Positions 9,645 through 20,183 of a DNA stretch of 64,000 bases are shown in pieces. Made by a program: the position numbers and the translations under genes. The stretch is taken from contig JANNWY010000212.1 of assembly GCA_031409335.1 (NCBI GenBank), positions 32,001-96,000 of the forward strand, read 5' to 3'. A model generated the notes under the pieces. It was not told where the DNA came from and did not search any database. It saw nothing but the letters and a program-made list of their open reading frames with translations. Position 1 is the first letter of the stretch; every line of letters starts with the position of its first letter. The DNA comes from Chthoniobacteraceae bacterium (lineage in GTDB: Bacteria > Verrucomicrobiota > Verrucomicrobiia > Chthoniobacterales > Chthoniobacteraceae).

Positions 9645-10664
9645 TCACCACTGAATGACGGAACTGGCCCAGGTGAGGCCGCCTCCGAAAACCACGAGCA
9701 GGACGTAATCGCCGACCTCCATCCGGCCCGTGCGATTCGCCTCATCGAGCGCGATGGCGACGGCGGCTGCGCTGGTGTTGCCGTAGCGATCCAGGTTGAT
9801 CATGAAGCGGTCCATCGGGATTTTCAGCCGGTGCGCGATGGCTTCGATGATGCGGAGATTTGCCTGATGCGGGATGATGCAGGCGAGATCCTCGGGCTTG
9901 AGATTGGCATCGGCGAGAACGCGCTGGGTTGCCTCGAGCATGGAGGTCACGGCGTGTTTGTAAGTCTCCTTGCCGTTCATTTTTATGCAGTTCAGGCGCT
10001 GGTCGGCGTTGTCCTTGTTGATCGGAAATCTGGAGCCGCCACCAGGGATGTAGAGGATGTCGCTGAGCCCGCCGTCACTGCCCATGAAGGTGCTGACGAC
10101 GCCGTGCCCGCCGCCGCGATGCCGGAGAATGGCCGCGCCCGCACCGTCGCCGAAGAGCACGCAGGTATTGCGATCGGTCCAATCGACGATGCTGGAGAGC
10201 TTCTCGGCGCCGATGACGAGGATCGTGTCGTAAGTGTGCGAAGTGATGAACTGCTGCGCGATTTCCACCGCGTAGAGAAAGCCGGAGCAGGCGGCGCTGA
10301 CGTCGAAGCACGCCGCATTGGTCGCGCCGATCTTGGTTTGCACGAAGCATGCGGTGCTGGGAAAAAACATGTCGGGCGTGACAGTCGCAACGAGGATGAG
10401 GTCGATCTCGTCCGCGGTGATGCCCGCATTTTCCATCGCGGCGAGCGCAGCCTTCGCAGCCAGGTCGCTCGTGCTTTCGTCGTCCGCCGCGATCCGCCGC
10501 TCCTTGATGCCGGTGCGCGTCACGATCCACTCGTCATTGGTATCGACCATCTTTTCGAGGTCGGCATTGGTCAGCACGCGCTCCGGCACGTAGCTGCCCG
10601 TGCCGATGATGGAGACGGTGCGCTTGGACTTAACTTTGCGGAGTTGCGGCTGCGGAGGATTCAT
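9645..10664 (-). CDS. fabH: 3-oxoacyl-ACP synthase III
   Basis: AACSGF, FGDGAGA, PHQANLRII, YGNTSAA, GGGLTW; follows plsX. Confidence 0.97.
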   Translation of the reverse strand: MNPPQPQLRKVKSKRTVSIIGTGSYVPERVLTNADLEKMVDTNDEWIVTRTGIKERRIAADDESTSDLAAKAALAAMENAGITADEIDLILVATVTPDMFFPSTACFVQTKIGATNAACFDVSAACSGFLYAVEIAQQFITSHTYDTILVIGAEKLSSIVDWTDRNTCVLFGDGAGAAILRHRGGGHGVVSTFMGSDGGLSDILYIPGGGSRFPINKDNADQRLNCIKMNGKETYKHAVTSMLEATQRVLADANLKPEDLACIIPHQANLRIIEAIAHRLKIPMDRFMINLDRYGNTSAAAVAIALDEANRTGRMEVGDYVLLVVFGGGLTWASSVIQW

Positions 10665-11655
10665 AGCGTTGCACGGCTTCGACAATGTGGGGATTGACCT
10701 GATGACGGATGGATTCGCACGCCATGCGGATGGCATTGCGGATGGCGAGCGGCGAACTGCCGCCGTGCGCGATAATGCACACGCCATTCACGCCGAGCAG
10801 CGGCATCCCGCCGTATTCGTCGGAGTTGGTTTTTTGGTGGATGCGTTTGAGCGCCGGTTTCGCGAGCAATCCGCCGAGGCTGGTGATCACGCCCTGTTTG
10901 ATCTCGTGTTTCACCCAGCGGAAAATTGCGTGGGCAATCGCCTCGCTGGTCTTGAGGACGATGTTGCCGGTGAAACCATCGGCGACGACCACCTCGACGG
11001 GGTTTTCAAAAAGATCGTGTCCCTCGACATTCCCGCGGAAATTCAGCCCGCTCGTCTTCAGCATCTCGAAAGTCTCGCGCGTGAAATCGTTGCCCTTTTC
11101 ATCCTCCGTGCCGATCGACATCAGCCCGACGCGCGGATTCGAATAACCGAGCACATGACGCGAATAAACCGTCCCCATGATGGCATTCTGGAGCATCTGC
11201 AGCGGCGTCGGATCGGTGTTGGCCCCCGCGTCGATCAGCACGAAAAGATTTGTCTCCGTCGGCATCGTCGCTGCGATACCGGGCCGGTCGATGCCGGGCA
11301 GCGTGCGCAGTTTGATGGTGCTCGCCGCCACCGCCGCGCCCGTATGCCCCGCGCTCACGATCGCCTCCGCGTCGCCCTTTTTCACCAAATCGACCGCACG
11401 ACTGACCGACGAATCCTTCTTCCGCCGCACCGCATCCACCGCGCTGTCGCCCATCTCGACGACCTGCGTGCAGTGGACGATTTCGACGCGACGATCCGTG
11501 CAGCCAATGCGCTTCAACTCCGCCTCGATCCGCGCGGTGTCGCCAGTCAGGAAGAGTTTTTCGATGTCGGGAAAGTCGCGCAACGCAAGCGCGGCACCCT
11601 CGACGAGTTTTGGCGGGCCGTCGTCGTGGCCCATCGCGTCGAGCGCAATCTTCAT
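10630..11655 (-). CDS. plsX: phosphate acyltransferase PlsX
   Basis: IALDAMG, SAGHTGA, IDRPGIA, DAGAN, DGFTGNIVLKTSE, HGGS; rpmF-plsX-fabH synteny. Confidence 0.97.
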   Translation of the reverse strand: MKIALDAMGHDDGPPKLVEGAALALRDFPDIEKLFLTGDTARIEAELKRIGCTDRRVEIVHCTQVVEMGDSAVDAVRRKKDSSVSRAVDLVKKGDAEAIVSAGHTGAAVAASTIKLRTLPGIDRPGIAATMPTETNLFVLIDAGANTDPTPLQMLQNAIMGTVYSRHVLGYSNPRVGLMSIGTEDEKGNDFTRETFEMLKTSGLNFRGNVEGHDLFENPVEVVVADGFTGNIVLKTSEAIAHAIFRWVKHEIKQGVITSLGGLLAKPALKRIHQKTNSDEYGGMPLLGVNGVCIIAHGGSSPLAIRNAIRMACESIRHQVNPHIVEAVQRYESSAAATPQS

Positions 11656-11695
11656 GGGCGCATTTCGGGCGCGGTGCGGAGGATCATCAAGCGTA

Positions 11696-11737
11696 AAAAC
11701 GAAAGCAGCCGCTCGCGCGCGAAGGCGGAGCGGCTGG
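11696..11737 (-). terminator. putative intrinsic terminator/attenuator after rpmF
   Basis: Stem CAGCCGCTC / GAGCGGCTG followed on the minus strand by CTTTCGTTTTT. Confidence 0.5.
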
Positions 11738-11754
11738 AATTCGGAATGAGCTAA

Positions 11755-11937
11755 CTAGGCGGACTCGATCGTCAGCACCTGGCGGCCCTTGTAGTAGCCG
11801 CAGGAAGGGCAGGCGATGTGCGCGGGGAGGGCGCTGCCGCACTGGCCGCACTTGTGGAGCATGGCGGCGTGCCAGCGGTTGGCGGCTTTGCGCGTGCGCA
11901 GCCGCATCTTGGATACTTTGCGTTTTGGGACACCCAT
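11755..11937 (-). CDS. rpmF: 50S ribosomal protein L32
   Basis: MGVPKRKVSKMR, CxxC...HIACPSCGYYKGR. Confidence 0.97.
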   Translation of the reverse strand: MGVPKRKVSKMRLRTRKAANRWHAAMLHKCGQCGSALPAHIACPSCGYYKGRQVLTIESA

Positions 11938-11953
11938 TTTAGTAAGTCGTAAA

Positions 11954-12409
11954 TTATTTCAGTTTCAGTTGATCCAGCGCGCCCCAGACTTCTCGGGTGT
12001 CGGAGAGCGGCTCTTCCGGTATTTCGGTTTGCTTGCGAAACGCGGCTTTGCATTCTCTCTCGCCATCCCAGTCGCAATGCGGATGGGGCGGAAGGGCGAG
12101 CAAAGTGTCCTCCCTCACCCGCTCTGTCAAGTCCACGGTTTCGCGCCCGGTCAGTTCCATCTGGCAGGCAAAATCCGGCACTTCGAGCGTGAACGGGAAG
12201 TGTTCGAGACACGCGACGCACACGAGATCGAGCGGGACGGAGAGCGATCCCGTGGCGAAAAGCCCGCCCTCGCTGAGCCCGACATCCAGCGCATACGCGA
12301 TCGGCCCGGTCGGCCGGGCGATTTCATCATTCAACTCAAGAACGCTGCTCGGCTCCTCGCCTTCGAGGTGAAGGCCTTCGGATGGGATTTGCAGGATGTG
12401 GACTTTCAT
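11954..12409 (-). CDS. yceD: YceD/DUF177 family protein
   Basis: CVACL, VDLTERVRED..LALP..PHC, WGALDQLK; immediately upstream of rpmF. Confidence 0.9.
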   Translation of the reverse strand: MKVHILQIPSEGLHLEGEEPSSVLELNDEIARPTGPIAYALDVGLSEGGLFATGSLSVPLDLVCVACLEHFPFTLEVPDFACQMELTGRETVDLTERVREDTLLALPPHPHCDWDGERECKAAFRKQTEIPEEPLSDTREVWGALDQLKLK

Positions 12410-12544
12410 AGAACTGGTTCGGTTTTAATGGGCGGCATGGCTTTCGAACGCGAAATCGGGCTTTTGGCAAACGCGAGATGCTTGCACAGACGCCGCCATT
12501 TTGCCAACGGCACGCGCAGTTTTGCCACCGTCGCAGCCGGAAGG

Positions 12545-13708
12545 TTACTTTCCGCCGCGTCCTTCCGCGATCACTTCAAGGAGTGCTTCCGCCGCGCTCG
12601 TGACTTCAAACCGCGATTGAAAACTCCGCGCCGCGTCGGCCCGCATCGCTTCCTTTTGAGCGGGTGCCAGCGCGAGCCACCGCTCCAGCAGGCGCGTGGT
12701 GCCCGCTTCGTCATCGCATTCCACCACACCGGCTTCGTCTTCCGCGATCTCGCGCCAGATGTTCACTTTGTTTGAAATGAGGACCGGCGTTCCGCACGCG
12801 AGCGCTTCGGCGACGGCGATGCCAAAATTTTCCTGATGCGAGGGAAGGACGAATGCCTCGGCGAGCCGCAACATGCCCCACTTCACGTCACCGGAAACCG
12901 TGCCAGCCCAACGGATTTGGCCGGCGACTTGCAAGCGATCGGCGAGCGCGCGGAGTTCGTTCATCCAGCCAGTTTGGTCTGGCCCGGCAAATGCGAGAAG
13001 CAGATCGGGCTTCGGTGAGTTTAGGATTTTGGCGAAGGCCTTGATGAGCAGGTCGCAGCCCTTTTTTTCGTGGATGCGACCGAGGAAAAGGAAGATGCGT
13101 TTTCCCTCAAGCTCGGGGAACCGCTCCAGCGCCGCTCGCTTTTGAGCATCGGAGTTGCCAGTCGGCGCGGCGATGCCGAAGTTCACCACCTTCTCGCGAC
13201 AGCGATAGAGCCAGAACGATTCGCGGGCCATGCGTCGTTCTTCATCGCAGGTAAAGAGCACCGCCTTTGCATCGCGCAACACGCGGTAGTCGGCCCAGGG
13301 CCAGTAGGCCCATTTTTTCAGGTGCTTGAGCGGATACGCGCGCTTGAACCACGGATCGAGCATCCCGTGCGGGAATACGAAATAGGGCGTGTCGGTGCCG
13401 CGCAGTGCGCGCCAGACGCCGAGGCCGCTGTATTGCCAGAGGCCGTTGACGATGACGGCGTCGTAGTCGCGGCGGTGCGCGGCGAGCCACGGCAGGAGCT
13501 TGGAGCTATAGCCGTAGCTGGTGCGACCGGGGCCGACGGCGTGGACTTTCACGGGGCAGGCGCGCACCCACGCCGCCTCGGGTGCGTCGAGCGAGACGAT
13601 GTCGCACTGGTGGCCTGCGGCGGCGTGGACGAGCGAGACCTGCTGGATGGCCTCGATCACTCCGCCGCCCGCGGGGTTCACGGAATGGATGGAGTGCAGG
13701 ATGCGCAC
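12545..13708 (-). CDS. glycosyltransferase family 4 (GT-B)
   Basis: PHGMLDPW, FLGRIHEKKG, LPSHQENFGIAVAEALACGTPV. Confidence 0.93.
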   Translation of the reverse strand: MRILHSIHSVNPAGGGVIEAIQQVSLVHAAAGHQCDIVSLDAPEAAWVRACPVKVHAVGPGRTSYGYSSKLLPWLAAHRRDYDAVIVNGLWQYSGLGVWRALRGTDTPYFVFPHGMLDPWFKRAYPLKHLKKWAYWPWADYRVLRDAKAVLFTCDEERRMARESFWLYRCREKVVNFGIAAPTGNSDAQKRAALERFPELEGKRIFLFLGRIHEKKGCDLLIKAFAKILNSPKPDLLLAFAGPDQTGWMNELRALADRLQVAGQIRWAGTVSGDVKWGMLRLAEAFVLPSHQENFGIAVAEALACGTPVLISNKVNIWREIAEDEAGVVECDDEAGTTRLLERWLALAPAQKEAMRADAARSFQSRFEVTSAAEALLEVIAEGRGGK

Positions 13709-13714
13709 TGCTGG

Positions 13715-14194
13715 CTAGCCGCTGAATTTTTCGCGCAACGCGCGCGCCACGGATGGCGGGACGAACGCCTCCACATTGCCGCCGAGGCGCGCGATTTCCT
13801 TCACGATACGGGAGCTGAGATACGTGTATTCCTCGCGCGGGGTGAGGAAGATCGTCTCGATGGACGAATCGAGTTTGCGGTTCATCAACGCCATCTGAAA
13901 TTCAAACTCGAAGTCCGAAATGGCGCGCAATCCGCGCACGACTGCGGCGGCGTTTTCGCTCTTCGCAAACTCCACGAGCAGGCCGTCGAAGCAGGCGACG
14001 CGGATGTTTCCCGCGCCGGCGATGCTCTCGCGAATCAAAGCCATGCGCTCTTCCACGGTGAACATGCCTTTCTTCTGATCGTTGAACGCGACGGCGACGA
14101 CGAGTTCGTCGAAGAGCTTTGCGGCGCGATGGATGACATCGAGATGGCCCGTGGTGATCGGGTCGAAGCTGCCGGGATAAATCGCGCGTCGCAT
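13715..14194 (-). CDS. coaD: pantetheine-phosphate adenylyltransferase
   Basis: IYPGSFDPITTGH, RGLRAISDFEFE, SSRIVKE. Confidence 0.98.
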   Translation of the reverse strand: MRRAIYPGSFDPITTGHLDVIHRAAKLFDELVVAVAFNDQKKGMFTVEERMALIRESIAGAGNIRVACFDGLLVEFAKSENAAAVVRGLRAISDFEFEFQMALMNRKLDSSIETIFLTPREEYTYLSSRIVKEIARLGGNVEAFVPPSVARALREKFSG

Positions 14195-14212
14195 GGCGGC
14201 CCGAAGCGTCCG

Positions 14213-15433
14213 CTAAAACGTGTGAATGAAAAGCCCGGAGCGTAACTTTGGCTCAAACCAGGTGCTTTTCGGCGGCATGATCTGGCCGGCATCCGCGATG
14301 GCCATGAGCTGCGCGACGGTGGTGGGATACATGGAAAACGCGACCGCGGCCTTTCCCGAATCGACGAGCTGGACGAGTTCGCCCGTGCCGCGGATGCCGC
14401 CGATGAAGTCGATGCGTTTGCTGGTGCGCACATCTTCGATGCCGAGCAGCGGCGCGAGCAGGCGGTCTTGCAACGCGGTGACATCGAGTTGCGAAATCGG
14501 GTCCAAATTCGCGGAAAGTCGCCACGCGAGATCGTACCACGCGCCGTCGAAATACATGCGGATTTCGCCGGGCTGCGCAGGCGTGGCGCTGCCGTTTGGC
14601 TTGAGCGAAAATGCGGCGCCGACGGCTGCAAGAAACGCTTCTTTGCTGAGTCCGTTGAGGTCTTTCACCGCGCGATTGTATGGCAAAATCTGGAGCTGGC
14701 TTGCGGGGAAAAGGACGGCGAGGAACCAGTTGTACTCCTCGCTGCCAGTGTGCGCCGGATTCGCCTCGCGACGCTCCCGCCCGACTCGCGCGGCGCTTGC
14801 CGTGCGATGGTGACCGTCGGCGACGTAGGAGCACGGCACACTTTTGAAAAGCTCCACAAACTCCGCTCCACCCGCGATTCGCCAAACCGTGTGCTGGATG
14901 CCATCCGGCGCGGTGAGATCGTAAAGTGGCGCGCTGTTCTGCGCGGCGGTCACGAGCGCGTCGATTTTTGCGTCATCGCGGTACGTGAGGAAAACCGGGC
15001 CGGTGTCGGCGCTGAGCGTGCCGATGAGCCGCGTGCGATCGTCCTCTTTGTCGGGGCGTGTCTTCTCGTGTTTTTTGATGATGTCCTGCTCGTAGTCCTC
15101 GATGTGGCAAACCGCCGCGAGGCCGGTCTGCACGTGGGAGCCCATGCGCTGCTGATAGAGATAAATGCAGGGCTCGGTTTCGCGGATGAGCGCGCCGTTT
15201 TTTTGAAGTGCGAGGAAGTTTTCGAGCGCCTTTGCATAGACTGCTTCCGAATACGGATCAGTCTCCGGCGGCAGGTCGATTTCCGCGCGATCGACGTGGA
15301 GAAGGCTGTGCGGTTTGCCCGCGGCGAGGGCGGCAGATTCCTCGCGATTGACAACGTCGTAAGGGACGCAGGCGACTTCGGAGACGAGTGCGGGCGCGGG
15401 CCGGAGCCCTTGAAAAGCCTTGAGGCGGAGCAT
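14213..15433 (-). CDS. DUF1015 family protein
   Basis: PYDVV, IKKHEKT, YVADGHHR, MPPKSTWFEPKLRSGL. Confidence 0.92.
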   Translation of the reverse strand: MLRLKAFQGLRPAPALVSEVACVPYDVVNREESAALAAGKPHSLLHVDRAEIDLPPETDPYSEAVYAKALENFLALQKNGALIRETEPCIYLYQQRMGSHVQTGLAAVCHIEDYEQDIIKKHEKTRPDKEDDRTRLIGTLSADTGPVFLTYRDDAKIDALVTAAQNSAPLYDLTAPDGIQHTVWRIAGGAEFVELFKSVPCSYVADGHHRTASAARVGRERREANPAHTGSEEYNWFLAVLFPASQLQILPYNRAVKDLNGLSKEAFLAAVGAAFSLKPNGSATPAQPGEIRMYFDGAWYDLAWRLSANLDPISQLDVTALQDRLLAPLLGIEDVRTSKRIDFIGGIRGTGELVQLVDSGKAAVAFSMYPTTVAQLMAIADAGQIMPPKSTWFEPKLRSGLFIHTF

Positions 15434-15542
15434 AGGCGGCAGAGGAAACGGGATTCGCCGCGGGTGCGCAAGCGATTCGTGGAAACAAAAACGGCGACGG
15501 TTTCGATGCCGTCGCCGCTTTCAAGAATCCGCTGGAATCGCG

Positions 15543-18500
15543 TCAGTTCACGTAGGCCGACTCATTCGAGAGCAGCAGCGCCTGCACGTAGGTCTCCCAC
15601 ATATCGAGGGGTTTGCGTTCGATCATCGTACCCTCATTTTGAATCGCGCCCATCGTGTCATTGCCGCGATTTTTGTTTCGCTCATAGCGTTCCTTGGCGA
15701 ACTTGGTGGAGCGTTCCGAAAGCGCCTTGTTGGCATCGACCATCTGAGGCTCCTGTCGCTTTTCTTCTCCCAAAAAGGCCAGCGCGATGTCCATCTCCGC
15801 CCTTTGGCCGGTGATCGGATTGGCACCTTTTGGAGTTCGCTGAAAGAGGAGTTCGTAGATTTTGTTGATCCTGCCAAGGGCAGTGTTTTGCGCTTTCCGA
15901 ACGTCTGGATTCGAGAGAAGGTTGCGCGCCGCATCGGCCGCCATCGGGCTGTTCATCAGGAAGAGCGCCTGTTGCGGGACGATCGTGGTGGATCGTTTGC
16001 TATTCGGCATGTCCGGGTCGCTGAAATCGAAATGGGACATCAACTCGGGCACATTGCCACGATCGATGTATCCATAAACGCTGCGGCGGTAGCTGTAAGG
16101 TTCGTCCGCCAGGTTGACGGGTTGTCCGCCGACCGTGCGGTCGAGTTTTCCGGCAAATTGAAGCAGCGAATCGCGCATCGCCTCGAAGTCGAGACGACGG
16201 ATATTGGCACGCCAGAGGAAGCGATTTTCCGGATCCTTGGCGATCGAAGCCTCCTGACGATGTGCGTCGCTGGTTTGCTGATACACCTTCGAGAGCATGA
16301 TCAGCTTGTGCAGCTTCTTCAGCGACCACCCTTGCTCCATGAAGTAGCTGCTCAGGTAGTCGAGCAATTCAGGATGGGTGGGCAATTCTGCCTGCGTGCC
16401 GAGGTCGTCCGGCGTCCGCACGAAACCCTCGCCGAAATGGTGCAGCCACACCCGATTCACCATCACACGGGCGGTGAGTGGATTGCTCTTGCCGGCGATG
16501 GCCTGCGCGAGTTCGAGGCGTCCGCTGCCCTGCCGGAAAGGCATGCGCTTTCCGCCCGGGGACAGCACTTCGAGGAAGCTGCGCGGGACGACATCGCCGC
16601 GCACATCCGCCTGGCCGCGAAGCATCACTGCGGAATCCATGACGCTCTTGGTGGGTTTGTCGGCGACGACCATCGCGCGCTTTGGCGCGCCGTCGTGGGT
16701 CATCAACAGATTGTTGATCTTGCCGAAAATGAATCCCGCTTTGCCACGCATCTGTTGAGGCCATGCGTTGCTCGCGTAGCGCAATCCATCGGTCGTCATT
16801 TTCCCAGCGACCTCGATTTTGAACGGCGTATTGATCAACTGCGTGATTGCTGGTTCGAAACCGGAAATCGTTTCTTCCTTAGCGGTCGCCGCCGCTTTCA
16901 GATACTCACGGCCCTTTTCACCCACCTGGCTGAACACCCGGCCGTAGATGTCCGCGATGTCATCAAAGGAGGCAGGCGCGGAGGCGGAGAATCCGGCGGC
17001 GACGAGTGAATTGTATTTGTTGCCTTTGTTTGTCGCGATTTCAGACGCGATGACCTTCCAGCTTTCGCCACCATCGACGAACCGCTTCAGCGGACCGAAC
17101 ACGGCATCGTTTCGGCCCAATTCTCCGCGAAGATCATTGATGATATCTTGCTCCAGCTTTTCGTCCTTGATCAGCTTTTCCAAAGTCAGGAGTTCCTCTG
17201 CTGTCGCGCTGCCGCGATTGCGGTGAGCGGCCCGAATATAGGGAGCGGCTTTCGCCCAAAACATGGGGGAGTATTCACCCAGCAGCTTGTAGTAGCGGTC
17301 TCGGTTCTCCTGCTCGAGCCCCGCCATTTGTTTTTCAAAATCGACCTGCAGCGCCTTTGTCTGCGGGGCGGAAATCTGTGGCTTATCCGCAGGCTCGACG
17401 ATGTTCGCGAAGATGCCGTGCATCGCATAGTAGTCCTTCGTCGGGATGGGATCGAACATGTGGTCGTGGCACCGCGCGCACGTCACCGTCATGGCGAGGA
17501 AGCCTTTTGAAACCACGTCGATCCGATCATTGATCACGTCGTTGGCGTTTCCGAAACGCTCGCCAACGGTCAGGAATCCGAGAGCGGCGAGATTCTCAGG
17601 GCTGTTCTTCGGGACTAGATCGGCGGCGAGTTGTTGCGTAATGAACCGGTCATAAGGCATGTCCGCGTTCAGTGACTTGATCACCCAATCCCGATAGGTC
17701 CATGCGTACGGGTAACGATAGTCTCCCATGTTATTGTTGCCATCGCCGCCGATCGTGTCGGCGTAACGCGCAGAATCGAGCCAGAAGCGGCCCCAGCGTT
17801 CACCGTAGTGGGGAGAAGCAAGGAGCCGGTCGATCACTGTCGCGAAGGCGGTGGGTGAAGCGTCGTCACGGAATTTTTTGAGTTCGTCGAGCGTCGGAGG
17901 AAGACCGATCAAATCATAAGTGGCCCTGCGCAATAGAGTATCCCTGTGAGCGGTCGGCGAAGGCGTCAAACCCATTCCCTCGATCTTCTGGAGAATGAAG
18001 CTATCAACCGGGTTGGTCTGCGGGCGCAATGCCTCGTTCTCCAGCCAGCCGCGATTCTTGAGGGCCGTCGGAACCGGGGGCTTCTTGACGGGTTGATAAG
18101 CCCAGTGATGGCGGGCTTTGTCGGTCAGCCCCGATAGCTTTGTGGCAACAGCCGCAGTCGCGGGTTTGCGCGGATCGGGCGCGCCCATTTTTACCCATGC
18201 AGTCAGATCCGCGATCTGCTGCGCAGTGAGCTTCTCGCCCTTCGGAGGCATCTGAAAGTCCGGATCCTTGTAGCCAACGGCGACGATGAGTGGACTCTTA
18301 TCCGGATCACCCGGCTTCACCACGGCACCACCCTCGCCACCTTTCTGCAACCCTTCACGGGTATCGAGCGTCAGACCACCCTTTGCCTTGTTCTCCTCCA
18401 AGCTATGACACTTGTAGCAGGTTTCCTTGAAGATCGGCTGGATCTTTTTCTCGAAGAATTCGACGTGCTTGGGATCGAGCTTTGCAGCCGCTCCCATCAT

Positions 18501-18587
18501 CATCGCCGGTTCTTCATCGGCCGCCCGCAGTGAAACTGCGGCAGCCAGCCCGGCAAAGCCGAGCAGCATTGCATTTCTTGTGCGCAT
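15543..18587 (-). CDS. PSD1/PSCyt (DUF1549/DUF1553) protein with planctomycete cytochrome c domain
   Basis: Signal peptide, CYKCH, LLRRATYDLIGLPP, YGERWGRFWLD, CARCHDH, NPLTARVMVNRVW, PQQALFLMN. Confidence 0.93.
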   Translation of the reverse strand: MRTRNAMLLGFAGLAAAVSLRAADEEPAMMMGAAAKLDPKHVEFFEKKIQPIFKETCYKCHSLEENKAKGGLTLDTREGLQKGGEGGAVVKPGDPDKSPLIVAVGYKDPDFQMPPKGEKLTAQQIADLTAWVKMGAPDPRKPATAAVATKLSGLTDKARHHWAYQPVKKPPVPTALKNRGWLENEALRPQTNPVDSFILQKIEGMGLTPSPTAHRDTLLRRATYDLIGLPPTLDELKKFRDDASPTAFATVIDRLLASPHYGERWGRFWLDSARYADTIGGDGNNNMGDYRYPYAWTYRDWVIKSLNADMPYDRFITQQLAADLVPKNSPENLAALGFLTVGERFGNANDVINDRIDVVSKGFLAMTVTCARCHDHMFDPIPTKDYYAMHGIFANIVEPADKPQISAPQTKALQVDFEKQMAGLEQENRDRYYKLLGEYSPMFWAKAAPYIRAAHRNRGSATAEELLTLEKLIKDEKLEQDIINDLRGELGRNDAVFGPLKRFVDGGESWKVIASEIATNKGNKYNSLVAAGFSASAPASFDDIADIYGRVFSQVGEKGREYLKAAATAKEETISGFEPAITQLINTPFKIEVAGKMTTDGLRYASNAWPQQMRGKAGFIFGKINNLLMTHDGAPKRAMVVADKPTKSVMDSAVMLRGQADVRGDVVPRSFLEVLSPGGKRMPFRQGSGRLELAQAIAGKSNPLTARVMVNRVWLHHFGEGFVRTPDDLGTQAELPTHPELLDYLSSYFMEQGWSLKKLHKLIMLSKVYQQTSDAHRQEASIAKDPENRFLWRANIRRLDFEAMRDSLLQFAGKLDRTVGGQPVNLADEPYSYRRSVYGYIDRGNVPELMSHFDFSDPDMPNSKRSTTIVPQQALFLMNSPMAADAARNLLSNPDVRKAQNTALGRINKIYELLFQRTPKGANPITGQRAEMDIALAFLGEEKRQEPQMVDANKALSERSTKFAKERYERNKNRGNDTMGAIQNEGTMIERKPLDMWETYVQALLLSNESAYVN

Positions 18588-18604
18588 AGATGGGAGCCTC
18601 GCGG

Positions 18605-20044
18605 TTAAGCGATGACGTCTTTGACTACGTTTCCGAAATTGTCCGTGAGGCGGAAATCCCGGCCATTGTACTTATAAGTCAGTTTCTTGTGATCGAAGCC
18701 CATGAGCGCAAGAATTGTCGCGTGCAAGTCATGGACGTGGACCTTGTTCTCCGTGGCGCGCGAGCCGAATTCATCGGTCGAGCCATAAGTGGTCCCGCCT
18801 TTGACGCCACCGCCGGCCATCCAGGTGCTGAATGCGCGACCATTGTGATCGCGGCCCGCCGAGGCATTCCCGTTGCGGTCTTTCACGACGGTGCGTCCGA
18901 ATTCTCCACCCCAGATAATCAGCGTCGAATCGAGCATCCCGCGCTGCTTGAGATCCTTGATGAGCGCCGCCGCAGGACCGTCGATTTCGCCCGCGCGAGC
19001 TGGCAGCGCGCGCTCGAGGTCGCCGTGGTGATCCCACCCGCCCGCGCTCACTTGCACGAAACGGACACCGCGCTCGACGAGCCGCCGCGCGACCATCATA
19101 CGGGCACCCATTTCGGTGTTTCCGTAGAGATCCTTCACCTCCTGCGGTTCCTTGGAAATGTCGAACGCATCGGTCGCTTCGGTCTGCATCTTGAATGCCA
19201 TCTCGAAGGACTCGATCCGCGACTCCAACTGCACGTCCTTCTGCAAAGCCGCCGCGTGCATTTTGTTAAGTTCTTTCACCAGATTGAGCTGCCGGCGCTG
19301 CCGTTCCATTGGTGTGAATTGATTGCGGATATTCAGGATCACGTCGTCCAGATTCATCCCGCGCGAATAGTTCACATTCACGCCCTGATACATCCCGGGA
19401 AGGAACGACGCCTGCCGCCACTCCGGCCTGCCGCTGAGGGTGATGAAGCCCGGCATGTTCTGATTCTCCGTGCCGAGGCCGTAAACCATCCACGAACCCA
19501 TCGAAGGTTTCGGCAACTGGAGCGATCCGGTATTCATGAACCGCTGCGCGACCTCGTGCGCCGGGATGTCCGTCCACATCGAGCGGATGACGGAAATGTC
19601 ATCGATCACTTCGCCGAGTTTCGGGAACACGGAGCTGACTTCGACGCCCGACTTGCCCATCTTTGTGAATTTGAACGGCGACGGATATGCGAGACCTTCG
19701 TGGCCCGGGATCGTCTTATCGGCGTACTTTGCGAAATCAGGTTTCGGATCCCACGTGTCGATCTGCGAGGGAGCGCCCTCCGCGAAAATGTGGATGATCG
19801 ACTTCGCCTTTACCGGAAAGTGCGGAGTCTTCGGGGAAAGCGGAGTCACCAGCTTTCCGGCCGTCGTTGTCGCTGCGTCCGCGTCGTAGGGATTCAGCCC
19901 GAAAAGTGATGCGAGGCTGAGCGCGCCCATGCCCATGCCGGTGCGGATGAGGAAGTCGCGCTTGGTGAAAATGATGTCGTCAAGCGAAGGGGAGTGTTCG
20001 CGAAGATACTTGTCAGTGGTGATGTGCGGTTGTTCTGGATTCAT
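18605..20044 (-). CDS. DUF1501 domain protein
   Basis: Tat-like TKRDFL, PSQIDTWDPKP, ARRLVERGVRFVQV, GGEFGRT, GRDHN, HVHDLHATIL. Confidence 0.95.
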   Translation of the reverse strand: MNPEQPHITTDKYLREHSPSLDDIIFTKRDFLIRTGMGMGALSLASLFGLNPYDADAATTTAGKLVTPLSPKTPHFPVKAKSIIHIFAEGAPSQIDTWDPKPDFAKYADKTIPGHEGLAYPSPFKFTKMGKSGVEVSSVFPKLGEVIDDISVIRSMWTDIPAHEVAQRFMNTGSLQLPKPSMGSWMVYGLGTENQNMPGFITLSGRPEWRQASFLPGMYQGVNVNYSRGMNLDDVILNIRNQFTPMERQRRQLNLVKELNKMHAAALQKDVQLESRIESFEMAFKMQTEATDAFDISKEPQEVKDLYGNTEMGARMMVARRLVERGVRFVQVSAGGWDHHGDLERALPARAGEIDGPAAALIKDLKQRGMLDSTLIIWGGEFGRTVVKDRNGNASAGRDHNGRAFSTWMAGGGVKGGTTYGSTDEFGSRATENKVHVHDLHATILALMGFDHKKLTYKYNGRDFRLTDNFGNVVKDVIA

Positions 20045-20183
20045 AGTATTGAAGCTGGAGGCTGGGTTTACTGGCCCTTAAGTGCCACAAACCACGAACA
20101 CGGGCAATCTTTGTTTGTTTCCAATTGCCAGCGCATTTTTCGCGGTCCGACGGGCAAATTCAGGAGCATCGCGCGAGCCACCG

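Noticed and set aside
12410..12544. Sigma-54 -24/-12 promoter candidates (TGGCA...TTGC-like), also checked at 20045-20180
   Set aside because: GG-N10-GC spacing with the TTGC context is not satisfied
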